Origin: an uncultured Rubellimicrobium sp.
GTDB taxonomy: Bacteria > Pseudomonadota > Alphaproteobacteria > Rhodobacterales > Rhodobacteraceae
Length of the DNA stretch: 48,438 nt
Direction: 5' to 3'
Assembly: GCA_964443055.1 (NCBI GenBank)
Contig: CAYUBT010000001.1
Location: 1-48,438 of the forward strand
Positions 1 to 7,695 of the stretch are shown here, one piece after another (the first letter of the stretch is position 1; each line of letters opens with the position of its first letter). The notes beneath the pieces were generated by a model. That model saw nothing but the letters and a program-made list of their open reading frames with translations, ran no database searches and was not told the origin of the DNA. Made by a program: the position numbers and the translations under genes.

Positions 1-186
1 GCCTATCGCTGGCTCCAGGACAGCCGCGACGAGGCGACGGGCGAGCGGCTGGACGATCTCGAGGATCCGTTCAAGCTCTATCGCTGCCACACGATCATGA
101 ACTGCACCAAGACCTGCCCCAAGGGGCTGAACCCGGCCAAGGCGATTGCCGGGATCAAGAAGATGATGGTCGACAGGGTCGTGTGA
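1..186 (+). CDS. sdhB: succinate dehydrogenase iron-sulfur subunit, C-terminal fragment (5' end outside window)
   Basis: Frame 1 reads [61 protein letters not shown], then TGA at 184-186. [17 protein letters not shown] is the third Fe-S cluster Cys motif of SdhB/FrdB. It is absent from the ORF track because no start lies in the window. Confidence 0.9.
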   Translation, partial: AYRWLQDSRDEATGERLDDLEDPFKLYRCHTIMNCTKTCPKGLNPAKAIAGIKKMMVDRVV

Positions 187-200
187 GGGGGTGCCGCCCC

Positions 201-285
201 CTCGTCATTGCGAGGAGCCGCAGGCGACGCGGCAATCTACCGGCCCGGCGGGTAGCTTGCTTCGCCTCCGGCTCGCAATGACAGG
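201..285. repeat. palindromic intergenic element, copy 1 (TCATTGCGAGG...CTCGCAATGA family)
   Basis: CTCGTCATTGCGAGGAGCCGCAGGCGACGCGGCAATCTACC-apex-GGTAGCTTGCTTCGCCTCCGGCTCGCAATGACAGG forms a long imperfect hairpin. It lies in the convergent gap between sdhB and deoD. Confidence 0.85.
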
Positions 286-368
286 AAACGATCATCCGGA
301 TAATGGCCGGCCGGGTCGTGCAAGGGGGGCTGTGTCAGGCGCGCTGTGATGCGCCCCTGACAGGCTGT

Positions 369-1073
369 TCACGCAAATGCCGCTTCCAGCGCGATTTCCA
401 CCATGTCACCGAAGCTTCGTTCGCGTTCCTCGGAGGGCAGGGCTTCCTGCGTCAGGAGGTGGTCGCTCACCGTGAGGATTGCCAGCGCGCGGCGGCCGTA
501 GCGCGCGGCGAGCGTGTAGAGTTCGGCGGCCTCCATCTCCACGGCGAGAATGCCGTGGCGCGTCATCTGTTCGTTCAGGTCGGGGCGTTCGTCGTAGAAC
601 ACGTCCGAGGAATAGATGCCGCCGACATGGGTCGTGGCGCTCCGAGCCTGTGCGGCCGCGACCGCTGCGGCAAGCAACCCGTAATCGGCGCAGGGAGCAA
701 AACTGAACTCGCGAAAGATGCCCCGTGAAGGGGTCGAGAGCGAACTCGCCGTCATCGCGATCACGATATCGCGAATACCGACATCCTCCTGCATCGCCCC
801 GCAGGAGCCGATGCGGATCAATGTTTCTGCCCCATAATCGCGAATCAGCTCGTTCGCATAGATCGACAGCGAGGGCATTCCCATGCCCGAGCCGTGAATC
901 GTGACCGGATGCCCTCGCCATGTTCCTGTAAAGCCCAGCATTCCCCGGACCCGGTTCACGCAACGGTTATTGTCGAGGAATGTCTTCGCCGCCCATTCCG
1001 CCCGTAGCGGATCGCCGGGCATGAGAACGACCGGTGCAATATCGCCGGTCGTTGCGCCAATGTGAACGGTCAT
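369..1073 (-). CDS. deoD: purine nucleoside phosphorylase, DeoD type
   Basis: 234 aa. [25 protein letters not shown]...[31 protein letters not shown]...[15 protein letters not shown] matches hexameric PNP (DeoD) along its whole length. ATG at 1073. Confidence 0.93.
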   Translation of the reverse strand: MTVHIGATTGDIAPVVLMPGDPLRAEWAAKTFLDNNRCVNRVRGMLGFTGTWRGHPVTIHGSGMGMPSLSIYANELIRDYGAETLIRIGSCGAMQEDVGIRDIVIAMTASSLSTPSRGIFREFSFAPCADYGLLAAAVAAAQARSATTHVGGIYSSDVFYDERPDLNEQMTRHGILAVEMEAAELYTLAARYGRRALAILTVSDHLLTQEALPSEERERSFGDMVEIALEAAFA

Positions 1074-1079
1074 GCCGGT

Positions 1080-1397
1080 TCAGATTGCGAGATCGGACAG
1101 CGCCCTGCCATCGGCAAGCGCCGCATTCACCCAGTCGGGGCGACGACCACGGCCGGACCAGGTCTGTTCGGGATTTGCCGGATTACGATATTTCGGCGGC
1201 AACGGGGATTTGCGGCCGCGGACGCCCGGCACGCCGGTCAATTGCGCAAGCGAGAAACCATGTTCCGCAGCCGCGCGTTCGGCCGCCTCGAGCGCACGGC
1301 GACGCTCACGTTCGCCATGGGTCCTGATCGCCTTCTCGACCTTCGTGCGCAATTTCACCAGCTCGTCGCGCGAAAGGGAGTCAAGATCGATTTCCAT
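1080..1397 (-). CDS. H-NS-like nucleoid-associated DNA-binding protein (HvrA/Spb-like)
   Basis: Start re-picked at ATG 1397 (MEIDLDSLSRDELVKLRTKVEKAI...), preceded by AGGAG. The N-terminal coiled-coil and the C-terminal PKYRNPANPEQTWSGRGRRPDWV motif are typical of alphaproteobacterial H-NS-like proteins. The stop lies 6 nt before the deoD start. Confidence 0.8.
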   Translation of the reverse strand: MEIDLDSLSRDELVKLRTKVEKAIRTHGERERRRALEAAERAAAEHGFSLAQLTGVPGVRGRKSPLPPKYRNPANPEQTWSGRGRRPDWVNAALADGRALSDLAI

Positions 1398-1475
1398 TTC
1401 GTTTACTCCTTCATGAGTGTTATTGATCTTGAATGCGACATTGCAGAAGGTGGCCCCGGATGCAATATGCGTCCG

Positions 1476-1503
1476 GGATTCCGCAACACAATTCGCGGAA
1501 TCC
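1476..1503. promoter_or_regulatory. perfect 9-bp inverted repeat (GGATTCCGC-N10-GCGGAATCC) in the divergent hns-like/acyltransferase intergenic region
   Basis: Read directly from the sequence. A second imperfect inverted repeat (CCGGATGC-N4-GCGTCCGG) abuts it at 1456-1475. Candidate operator or RNA hairpin; no function shown. Confidence 0.3.
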
Positions 1504-1589
1504 TGCACAGCGGCCAGGGGCAATCATGCCGCAGGTCGGGCGCTCCGACAGGCATTTACCTCGCTCCCGTCTTCGGCCAGTTTCGCCCC

Positions 1590-2972
1590 ATGTTTCGTCT
1601 GGTGACTCTGCCGCTCTGGCTCTTCGTTTTGATCCTGCTCTTCGCGGCGGTGACTTTCGCGTCGAACTTCCTCTTTCCGTCGGTGCGCTGGTTCTTCCGG
1701 CGGCGAATGGAGCGTGCGGTGGCGCGGCTCAACCGCAACCTCAAGCGGCCGATCGCGCCGTTCAAGCTTGCGCGGCGGCACGACATGGTGGAACGGCTGG
1801 TCTACGATCCGGCGGTCGCCGAGGCTGCCGCTGCCCATGCCCGCCGCACCGGAGAGCCGGGCGCGGTCGCCTTTCAACTCGCCCGCCGCTATGCTCGTGA
1901 AATCGTGCCGGCCTTTTCGGCCACCGTCTATTTCGGTTTCGGCGCTCGGGTTTCACGCTGGCTGTCGCATTCGTTCTATAATGTCCGCATCGGGGCCGGG
2001 ACCGGCAGCCCTCTCGACCTGATCCCGCCCGAAGCGGTGGTGGTCTATGTGATGAACCATCGCTCGAACATGGATTACGTCCTTGTCACCCACCTGGTCT
2101 CGGACGAGGCGACACTGTCCTATGCTGTGGGCGAATGGGCACATTTCTGGCCCGTTTCCTGGTTGATCCGGGCGATGGGTGCCTATTTCATCCAGCGGCG
2201 CAGCCGGAGGGGGCCGCTTTATCGTTGCGTTCTCGAGCGTTACGTGCAGATGGCTACCGAGAGCGGCGACCCGCAAGCGGTCTTTCCCGAGGGTGGGCTG
2301 AGCCTTGACGGCCGGATCGCTCCACCGCGCCACGGAATCCTCGGCTATATCTGCGAAGGGGCCGAGGAAAGCGGTCGCGATGTCGCTTTCGTTCCGGTGG
2401 CGCTGAACTATGACCGGGTGATCGAGGATCGTTTCCTTGTCGAGGCGGCGGCGGAGAACCGGCGCAGCTTTCACCTGCCATGGGGCTATGTCGTCGGGGG
2501 TGCATTGCGCCATGTCGGGCGGCGGCTGATGGGCCGGAAACATCCATTCGGTACGGCCAGCGTCGCCTTTGGCGCGCCGGTGATGCTCTCGTCGCTCGAT
2601 GCCGAGGAGCGGCATTCGCCCGAGTGGCTGGCGCGCAGGCTCATGGAGGGTATCGCTGCCGTCGTTCCCGTCCTGCCGGTGCCGCTGGTCGCCTGGATTC
2701 TCCAGACCGGGGAGTCGCGGACGCATGATGACCTGGTCCGGGAACTGGGCGTGATCTGCCGCGACCTTTCCCGGCGCGGCATACCCGTTCCCCGCCGTGA
2801 ACCCGAGGTCGCTGTTGCGGACGCGCTCGCGCTTCTGTCCCGTCGTGGCGTGGTAACCGATGAGAATGGCGTGATCCGCGCCACCGCCGATGGCGCGCCG
2901 CTCCTCGCATATTATGCGGCGTCGATCGCGCATCACGTTGAAAGTGACGCTGAATCTTGTTGCGTGGATTGA
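1590..2972 (+). CDS. PlsB/PlsC-superfamily glycerolipid acyltransferase with N-terminal membrane anchor
   Basis: Start re-picked at ATG 1590 (MFRLVTLPLWLFVLILLFAAV..., hydrophobic N-terminus). HX4D acyltransferase motif NHRSNMD and downstream FPEGG motif are present. The N-terminal 176 codons of ORF 1062..2972 overlap the hns-like gene and were discarded. The exact start is uncertain. Confidence 0.7.
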   Translation: MFRLVTLPLWLFVLILLFAAVTFASNFLFPSVRWFFRRRMERAVARLNRNLKRPIAPFKLARRHDMVERLVYDPAVAEAAAAHARRTGEPGAVAFQLARRYAREIVPAFSATVYFGFGARVSRWLSHSFYNVRIGAGTGSPLDLIPPEAVVVYVMNHRSNMDYVLVTHLVSDEATLSYAVGEWAHFWPVSWLIRAMGAYFIQRRSRRGPLYRCVLERYVQMATESGDPQAVFPEGGLSLDGRIAPPRHGILGYICEGAEESGRDVAFVPVALNYDRVIEDRFLVEAAAENRRSFHLPWGYVVGGALRHVGRRLMGRKHPFGTASVAFGAPVMLSSLDAEERHSPEWLARRLMEGIAAVVPVLPVPLVAWILQTGESRTHDDLVRELGVICRDLSRRGIPVPRREPEVAVADALALLSRRGVVTDENGVIRATADGAPLLAYYAASIAHHVESDAESCCVD

Positions 2973-3035
2973 GGTCTTCCCCTAGCGTGCACGATTGTAC
3001 GGCCATCTTTATAAAATGTGAGGGAGTGTAGGACG

Positions 3036-3386
3036 ATGAGATTGGGTATGATTGCAGGCGCTCTGGCATTGGCCGTTGGCCTCGCCGGTTGCGAAGAGGT
3101 CGCAACGACAACACCTGTTGGTGTCAATTACGACAAGCGCGTTCTCGTGGTCAATCAGACGGGCGAAACGGTCTGGCGCCTCTACGGGTCACGCTCGACG
3201 ACGAATTCATGGGAAGAGGACATTCTCGGGCCGAATGTCCTGCCGAACGGGCAGTCCATCCGGATCAATTTTGATGACGGCACCGGAAGCTGCATTTTCG
3301 ACTTCAGGTTCGAGTTGCGCAGTGGCCGCGTACTCGAGGATTATGGCATCAACGTCTGCCAGGTGGTCTCCTATACGGTGCGGTGA
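3036..3386 (+). CDS. small lipoprotein of unknown function
   Basis: ATG 3036 sits 9 nt after AGGGAG. MRLGMIAGALALAVGLAGC is a signal peptide plus lipobox (LAGC). A TATAAA-like box lies upstream at about 3009. No family name recalled. Confidence 0.6.
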   Translation: MRLGMIAGALALAVGLAGCEEVATTTPVGVNYDKRVLVVNQTGETVWRLYGSRSTTNSWEEDILGPNVLPNGQSIRINFDDGTGSCIFDFRFELRSGRVLEDYGINVCQVVSYTVR

Positions 3387-3532
3387 ATGGCGGGGGGCAG
3401 TCGCCCCCCACCCCCGAGGCTCCAAACTCATTTTCTGTCAGGTTCGCATCCTCCCCTGAATGGATGTAGTGACCCCGGACAGAGCCGCCGACCGGCATGA
3501 TGGGCATTCGGTCCGCGAGCCTCCACCGAATT

Positions 3533-3612
3533 CCGTCATTGCGAGGAGGCGAAGCCGACGCGGTAAGCCAGAGGCTTGAGGACTGGCTTGCTTCGCTTCG
3601 CTCGCAATGAAG
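3533..3612. repeat. palindromic intergenic element, copy 2 (core; long form spans ~3446-3633)
   Basis: CCGTCATTGCGAGGAGGCGAAGCCGACGCGGTAAGCCAGAGG...CTGGCTTGCTTCGCTTCGCTCGCAATGA, followed by the GTGATGGATTCC flank. It lies in the convergent gap between the lipoprotein gene and the SDR gene. Confidence 0.85.
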
Positions 3613-3640
3613 GGAGGGGTGATGGATTCCGGGCTCTGCC

Positions 3641-4366
3641 CTATCCCCGGCCCACGAGGGGCATCTTTGTCGCCATGATGGTCTGAAACAGCACATTCGC
3701 CTCGGAGGGCAATTCCGCCATATGCAGGACGGCCTCGGCCACAAGCTGCACATCCATCGTGAACGGTACCGCCCGTCCGGCAGCCTTCTCGCGCTCGATC
3801 AGGGCCTCGATCATGTCGGTGCGGGCATTGCCGATGTCGATCTGCCCGCAGGCGATGTCGAAGTCGCGTCCGTCGAGCGCAAGCTGCTTCGTCAGCCCGC
3901 TGATGGCGTGTTTCGTCATCGTGTAGGTCACCGCCCCCTCGCGCGGTGCCTGTGCCGAGACCGACCCGTTGTTGATGATCCGTCCGCCTTGCGGCGATTG
4001 CCTGCGCATGAGGCCGAAGGCAGCGCGGGCGCACAGGAACATGCCGGTCTGGTTCACGGCGACGGCGCGGGTCCAGTCATCCAGCGAGATTTCGTCGATC
4101 ATGCCCGGCGGGGTGAAGATGCCGGCGTTGTTGAACAGCACGTCGAGCCGTCCGGCCTGGGCCTCAAAGGCCGAGAAGGCCGATTCGACCTGTGCGGGAT
4201 CGGTCACGTCGCAGGGCAGGACCAGGGAATCGCGACCCTCGGCGATCCGGTGCAGAAGCGCCTCGCGCCGGGCGATCAGCCCGACGCGCCAGCCTGCATC
4301 GAGGAACCTTTCGGCCACGGCACGACCGATCCCGCCCGAGGCGCCGGTCACGATGATTGTCTTCAT
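3641..4366 (-). CDS. short-chain dehydrogenase/reductase (SDR) family oxidoreductase
   Basis: Start re-picked at ATG 4366 (MKTIIVTGASGGIGRAVA = TGxxxGxG Rossmann motif). NNAG and the YxxxK-region (YTMTKHAI) are present. ATGA overlap with the upstream helicase stop (4363-4366). Confidence 0.85.
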   Translation of the reverse strand: MKTIIVTGASGGIGRAVAERFLDAGWRVGLIARREALLHRIAEGRDSLVLPCDVTDPAQVESAFSAFEAQAGRLDVLFNNAGIFTPPGMIDEISLDDWTRAVAVNQTGMFLCARAAFGLMRRQSPQGGRIINNGSVSAQAPREGAVTYTMTKHAISGLTKQLALDGRDFDIACGQIDIGNARTDMIEALIEREKAAGRAVPFTMDVQLVAEAVLHMAELPSEANVLFQTIMATKMPLVGRG

Positions 4367-5904
4367 TCCTGCTCTTCTCCGGTTAGTGTCAGGGGTGCGG
4401 GGGCTTCGGCCAGATCGTCGGTTCCGAGCGGCAGCAGCGGTCGCGCCAGCGCAGAGCGCACGACCCACCGCAATTCATGTTCGGCCCTCGTGATCGCGAC
4501 ATAGGCCAGTCGCTTCCACAGCGGCAGACCGGCCTCGACGCGTCCCATGCGGGCCGCGACCATGATGTCCGGGGCATAGACCTGCACCTGCTCCCATTGC
4601 GAGCCCTGCGCCTTGTGGATCGTCACCGCTGCGCCGTGCAGGAACACTGCCCCCATATGCGCGGCATAGGGCAGGAAGGGCTCCTCCTCGCCCTCACGCT
4701 CGATCTTGACGATGCTGGCGACGCCGACCTGCGGTTCGGGCGCGGCGAAGACATGGACGCGCGAGAATCCCGGACGTTTGCCGGGTCCCAGATAGACGGC
4801 CTGCGCCCCCTTGATGAGTCCGCGTGCCTCGAGGTCGAGCCGCCTCTTGCGGTGCTTCAGCGGCAGTTCGATCCCGTCGCAGCTGAGGGGCTCCCCGGGC
4901 AGGAGCGAGCCGTCGGCCACGCCATGTGCCTTGCGAAAGGCATGGATGAGACGGATCCGCGTGGCATTGCGCCAGACAAGCACGGGTGATCGGGCCATCA
5001 GATCCGCATCGACCCTCGGGGCGACGACAACGCGAGGGTCGCGCGCGGCGGCCTCGTGCACGAGTTGCTCGAAATCGTCGAACGCAAGGTCCGGCTCGGC
5101 CAGCGCATGGGCAAGGTCGAGGATCGGATTGTCGGCATCCTGGCGGTGGATGCGGTGCAGCGTGAAGCGCCGCCCGACCGGCAGGCGGTCGAAGACCATG
5201 CCGTCGGTTCCCTGAACGGGCGGAAGCTGTGCGGGATCGCCGAACAGGATCAAGGTCGGGAAGACCTCCTGCAGGTCCTCGAGCTGGCGCTCGTCGAGCA
5301 TGGAGCTTTCATCGACCAGCCCGATGTCGAGGGGCGTCTCGCGGCGTTTCCAGCCGGTGATGAAATCCGATCCGCGCAGGCCCGCTGCCGCCAGAGCGGC
5401 AGGGATCGAGCCATGCTGCTTCCAGGCAGCTTCCGCACGGTCGAGCTGGGCCTCGGTCAGGACGCCGCCTTCCGGCCGCGCCGCCTGCTCGGCGAGCCAT
5501 TCGGCCACCCGTTCGTATTCCGGGTCATAGACCGGCGTGTAGAGGATGCGGTGGATCGTCGTTGCGGGTACGCCGCGCGCGCGCAGGACCGAGGCGGCCT
5601 TGTTCGTGGGTGCGAGGATCGCGGCGGTGCGGCTGTCCCGACGGCGCCGCCCTTCCCAGTCGCCCGACACGAGATCGACACCGGCCCGCGCAAGCGCCTG
5701 GGTCAGTTCGGCCAGCAGCATGGTCTTGCCCGAACCGGCCCGGCCCAGAACGGCGGCGATCTCGGGCGGGCCATCGCCCGCGGGCATGATATCGCCCATG
5801 TCGATGTCGATGCCCGCCCGGCGCATGATCGCGGCAATCGCGTCCCAGGCCTCGGCCTGGTCGGGCGAGAAGGTCAGCGTGGAGTCGACCTGCGGTCTGG
5901 TCAC
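4363..5904 (-). CDS. RecD/Pif1-like superfamily 1 DNA helicase (AAA_30 + UvrD_C_2-type architecture)
   Basis: 513 aa with a GTG start at 5904. Walker A GRAGSGKT, Walker B/motif II LVDESSMLD, FGDPAQLPPV, and C-terminal TIHKAQGSQWEQV and YVAITRA motifs typical of RecD-like helicases. No relaxase or nuclease domain seen. Confidence 0.8.
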   Translation of the reverse strand: MTRPQVDSTLTFSPDQAEAWDAIAAIMRRAGIDIDMGDIMPAGDGPPEIAAVLGRAGSGKTMLLAELTQALARAGVDLVSGDWEGRRRRDSRTAAILAPTNKAASVLRARGVPATTIHRILYTPVYDPEYERVAEWLAEQAARPEGGVLTEAQLDRAEAAWKQHGSIPAALAAAGLRGSDFITGWKRRETPLDIGLVDESSMLDERQLEDLQEVFPTLILFGDPAQLPPVQGTDGMVFDRLPVGRRFTLHRIHRQDADNPILDLAHALAEPDLAFDDFEQLVHEAAARDPRVVVAPRVDADLMARSPVLVWRNATRIRLIHAFRKAHGVADGSLLPGEPLSCDGIELPLKHRKRRLDLEARGLIKGAQAVYLGPGKRPGFSRVHVFAAPEPQVGVASIVKIEREGEEEPFLPYAAHMGAVFLHGAAVTIHKAQGSQWEQVQVYAPDIMVAARMGRVEAGLPLWKRLAYVAITRAEHELRWVVRSALARPLLPLGTDDLAEAPAPLTLTGEEQE

Positions 5905-5909
5905 GCCCC

Positions 5910-6671
5910 CTATCTCCGCAGCGCCTGCGCGGCCGCCGAGGCGACCCAGCCTGCGAACAGCGCCAGGATGAGCGACAGGAGCCCGTAGATGAACGGCTGT
6001 TCCTGCGCGAGGTTGAACAGCCAGCGTTCGAGTCCGACCTTCTCGACCGAGATCTCCGTGTCGAAACGGTCCACGAGCCTGCCGTTCCGGGTGAGGAAGA
6101 TACGCGCGTGATAGATGCCCTCGATCAGGTTCGCAGGCAGGTCGAAGGATGTGCGGAACAGGGTTTCCTGGTCCAGATCGACTGCGCCTTCCATCACACG
6201 ATAGACTCCACTCTCGCTGCGGATGCGGATGAGGGCGTCGACGAACTGGTCCACGTTCTCGACGGTCTGGCCGAGCGAGCGGATCGCGCGGGGGATGGTG
6301 ACCGATTGGCGCAGGTCTTCGGTCTCGGTCAGGATTTCGTCCAGTGGCCCGGTCGTGGCGATGGCATAGAAGGACGGGGCAGCACTGACCCGGATCCAGT
6401 CGCGGTTGACCCAGAGGCCGAGGATACGCTCCTTTTCGCGGATGGTGACCGGGGTGAGCGGGCCGGACAGCGTGATGATGACCTCGAGCGGCGCATCCTG
6501 CGGCGGCGGTTCCTCGCGTTTCACCGCGCCGAAGACAAGGAGGTTCTCGCCGTCGAATGTCGTCGTGATGGCGACGTTGTCGGCCGACAGCCCCATGACC
6601 ACCTCTTCCGCTCCGGCGGCTGCCGGGGCGAGCGCGAGCAGCACCGCCGCGAGAAGCCGCGCCCGCCTCAC
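5910..6671 (-). CDS. TIGR02186-like alphaproteobacterial membrane protein (signal peptide + C-terminal TM)
   Basis: Start re-picked at GTG 6671 (VRRARLLAAVLLALAPAAAGAEE, a signal peptide), overlapping the TauE stop as GTGA. C-terminal TM IYGLLSLILALFAGWV. The family name is recalled from its usual pairing with DUF81/TauE genes. The upstream part of ORF 5910..7673 is an out-of-frame shadow of tauE. Confidence 0.7.
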   Translation of the reverse strand: MRRARLLAAVLLALAPAAAGAEEVVMGLSADNVAITTTFDGENLLVFGAVKREEPPPQDAPLEVIITLSGPLTPVTIREKERILGLWVNRDWIRVSAAPSFYAIATTGPLDEILTETEDLRQSVTIPRAIRSLGQTVENVDQFVDALIRIRSESGVYRVMEGAVDLDQETLFRTSFDLPANLIEGIYHARIFLTRNGRLVDRFDTEISVEKVGLERWLFNLAQEQPFIYGLLSLILALFAGWVASAAAQALRR

Positions 6672-7582
6672 TGCGGTGCCTCCGGTTCGAGCGAGAAGAA
6701 TTCGACCGGGGTCAGGATCAGCCCCGAGGCGATCTGGACGCTGACGAGCAGGACGAGGATCGCCAGCAGGATGCGCAGTTGCTCGGCCCGCAGCTTCGCG
6801 CCGATGATCGCGCCGACCTGCGCCCCGATCACGCCCCCGACAATGAGCAGCAGCGCCAGCACCATGTCGACCGTGTGGTTGGTGGTGGCGTGCAGCATTG
6901 TCGTGTAGGCGGTGGTGAAGATGATCTGGAACAGCGAGGTGCCGACCACGACCCGCGTCGGCATCCCCAGCAGATAGATCATCGCCGGAACCATGATGAA
7001 GCCGCCGCCCACGCCCATCACGGCGGACAGGACTCCGACCGCGAACCCGACCATCAGCGGCGGAAAGACCGAGATATAGAGGCCCGAGACGCGAAAGCGC
7101 ATCTTCAGCGGCAGGTTCTGGATGCGGCTGTGCCGGCGGCGTTGCGGCGGGGCACCCCGGCGATGACGGCGGAGCGCGCGCAGGGATTCCACCAGCATCA
7201 GGAAGCCGACGATGCCGAGGAGGAATACGTAGCAGAGTTCGACCAGCAGATCGACCTGCCCGAGGCTCTTCATCCAGTTGAACAGGATGAGGCCCACCGT
7301 CGAGCCGACCAGCCCTCCGGCCAGAAGGACGCCGCCCATCCGGTAATCGACGGTATTGCGCCGGACATGCGCGAACAGGGCCGAGACCGACGAGGCAACG
7401 ACCTGGTTGGTCGATGTCGCCACCGCGACCGGTGGCGGGATGCCGATCAGGAACAGCAGCGGCGTGATGAGGAACCCGCCGCCCACGCCGAACATGCCCG
7501 AGAGCACGCCGACCAGCCCGCCGACCCCGAAGATGAGAAAGGCATTCACCGATACTTCGGCGATGGGCAGGAAAAGCTGCAT
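6668..7582 (-). CDS. sulfite exporter TauE/SafE (DUF81) family membrane protein
   Basis: 304 aa, polytopic. It shows the duplicated G-rich motifs LSGMFGVGGGFLITP and LSAVMGVGGGFIMVP characteristic of TauE/SafE. Confidence 0.85.
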   Translation of the reverse strand: MQLFLPIAEVSVNAFLIFGVGGLVGVLSGMFGVGGGFLITPLLFLIGIPPPVAVATSTNQVVASSVSALFAHVRRNTVDYRMGGVLLAGGLVGSTVGLILFNWMKSLGQVDLLVELCYVFLLGIVGFLMLVESLRALRRHRRGAPPQRRRHSRIQNLPLKMRFRVSGLYISVFPPLMVGFAVGVLSAVMGVGGGFIMVPAMIYLLGMPTRVVVGTSLFQIIFTTAYTTMLHATTNHTVDMVLALLLIVGGVIGAQVGAIIGAKLRAEQLRILLAILVLLVSVQIASGLILTPVEFFSLEPEAPQ

Positions 7583-7599
7583 CGCGCGCTCCGCGTCCT

Positions 7600-7620
7600 C
7601 CGCATCCGGCGCGGATGCGG
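7600..7620 (-). promoter_or_regulatory. perfect 9-bp stem hairpin (CCGCATCCG-GCG-CGGATGCGG) between the ABC permease stop and the tauE start
   Basis: Read directly. On the minus strand it sits just 5' of the tauE GGAGGA Shine-Dalgarno. No U-tract, so not a classical terminator. Confidence 0.3.
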
Positions 7621-7695
7621 CGCGGCAAGTGAATCATGCCCGGGGCAGGATTTCCATCCTTGCGCCTGCACAAACACGCGCAAAAGCCCTCTGCG

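Noticed and set aside
1062-1589. N-terminal extensions of track ORFs: 1062..2972, 5910..7673, 22837..24318, 23080..24978, 31697..33361, 35948..37633, 12506..13555, 28835..29671, 11409..12509 and 18565..20241.
   Set aside because: The extended parts overlap neighbouring genes or repeats and are compositionally shadow-like. Each precedes an internal start that has a Shine-Dalgarno, a signal peptide or a canonical family N-terminus. The shorter starts were used.
4363-5904. RecD-like helicase as part of a conjugative/mobilisation (TraA-like) or anti-phage module.
   Set aside because: There is no relaxase, nuclease, methylase, integrase or other defence-type partner. The neighbours are housekeeping-type membrane and redox genes. 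I saw no compositional break, and the flanks carry no tRNA or integrase-type island boundaries.
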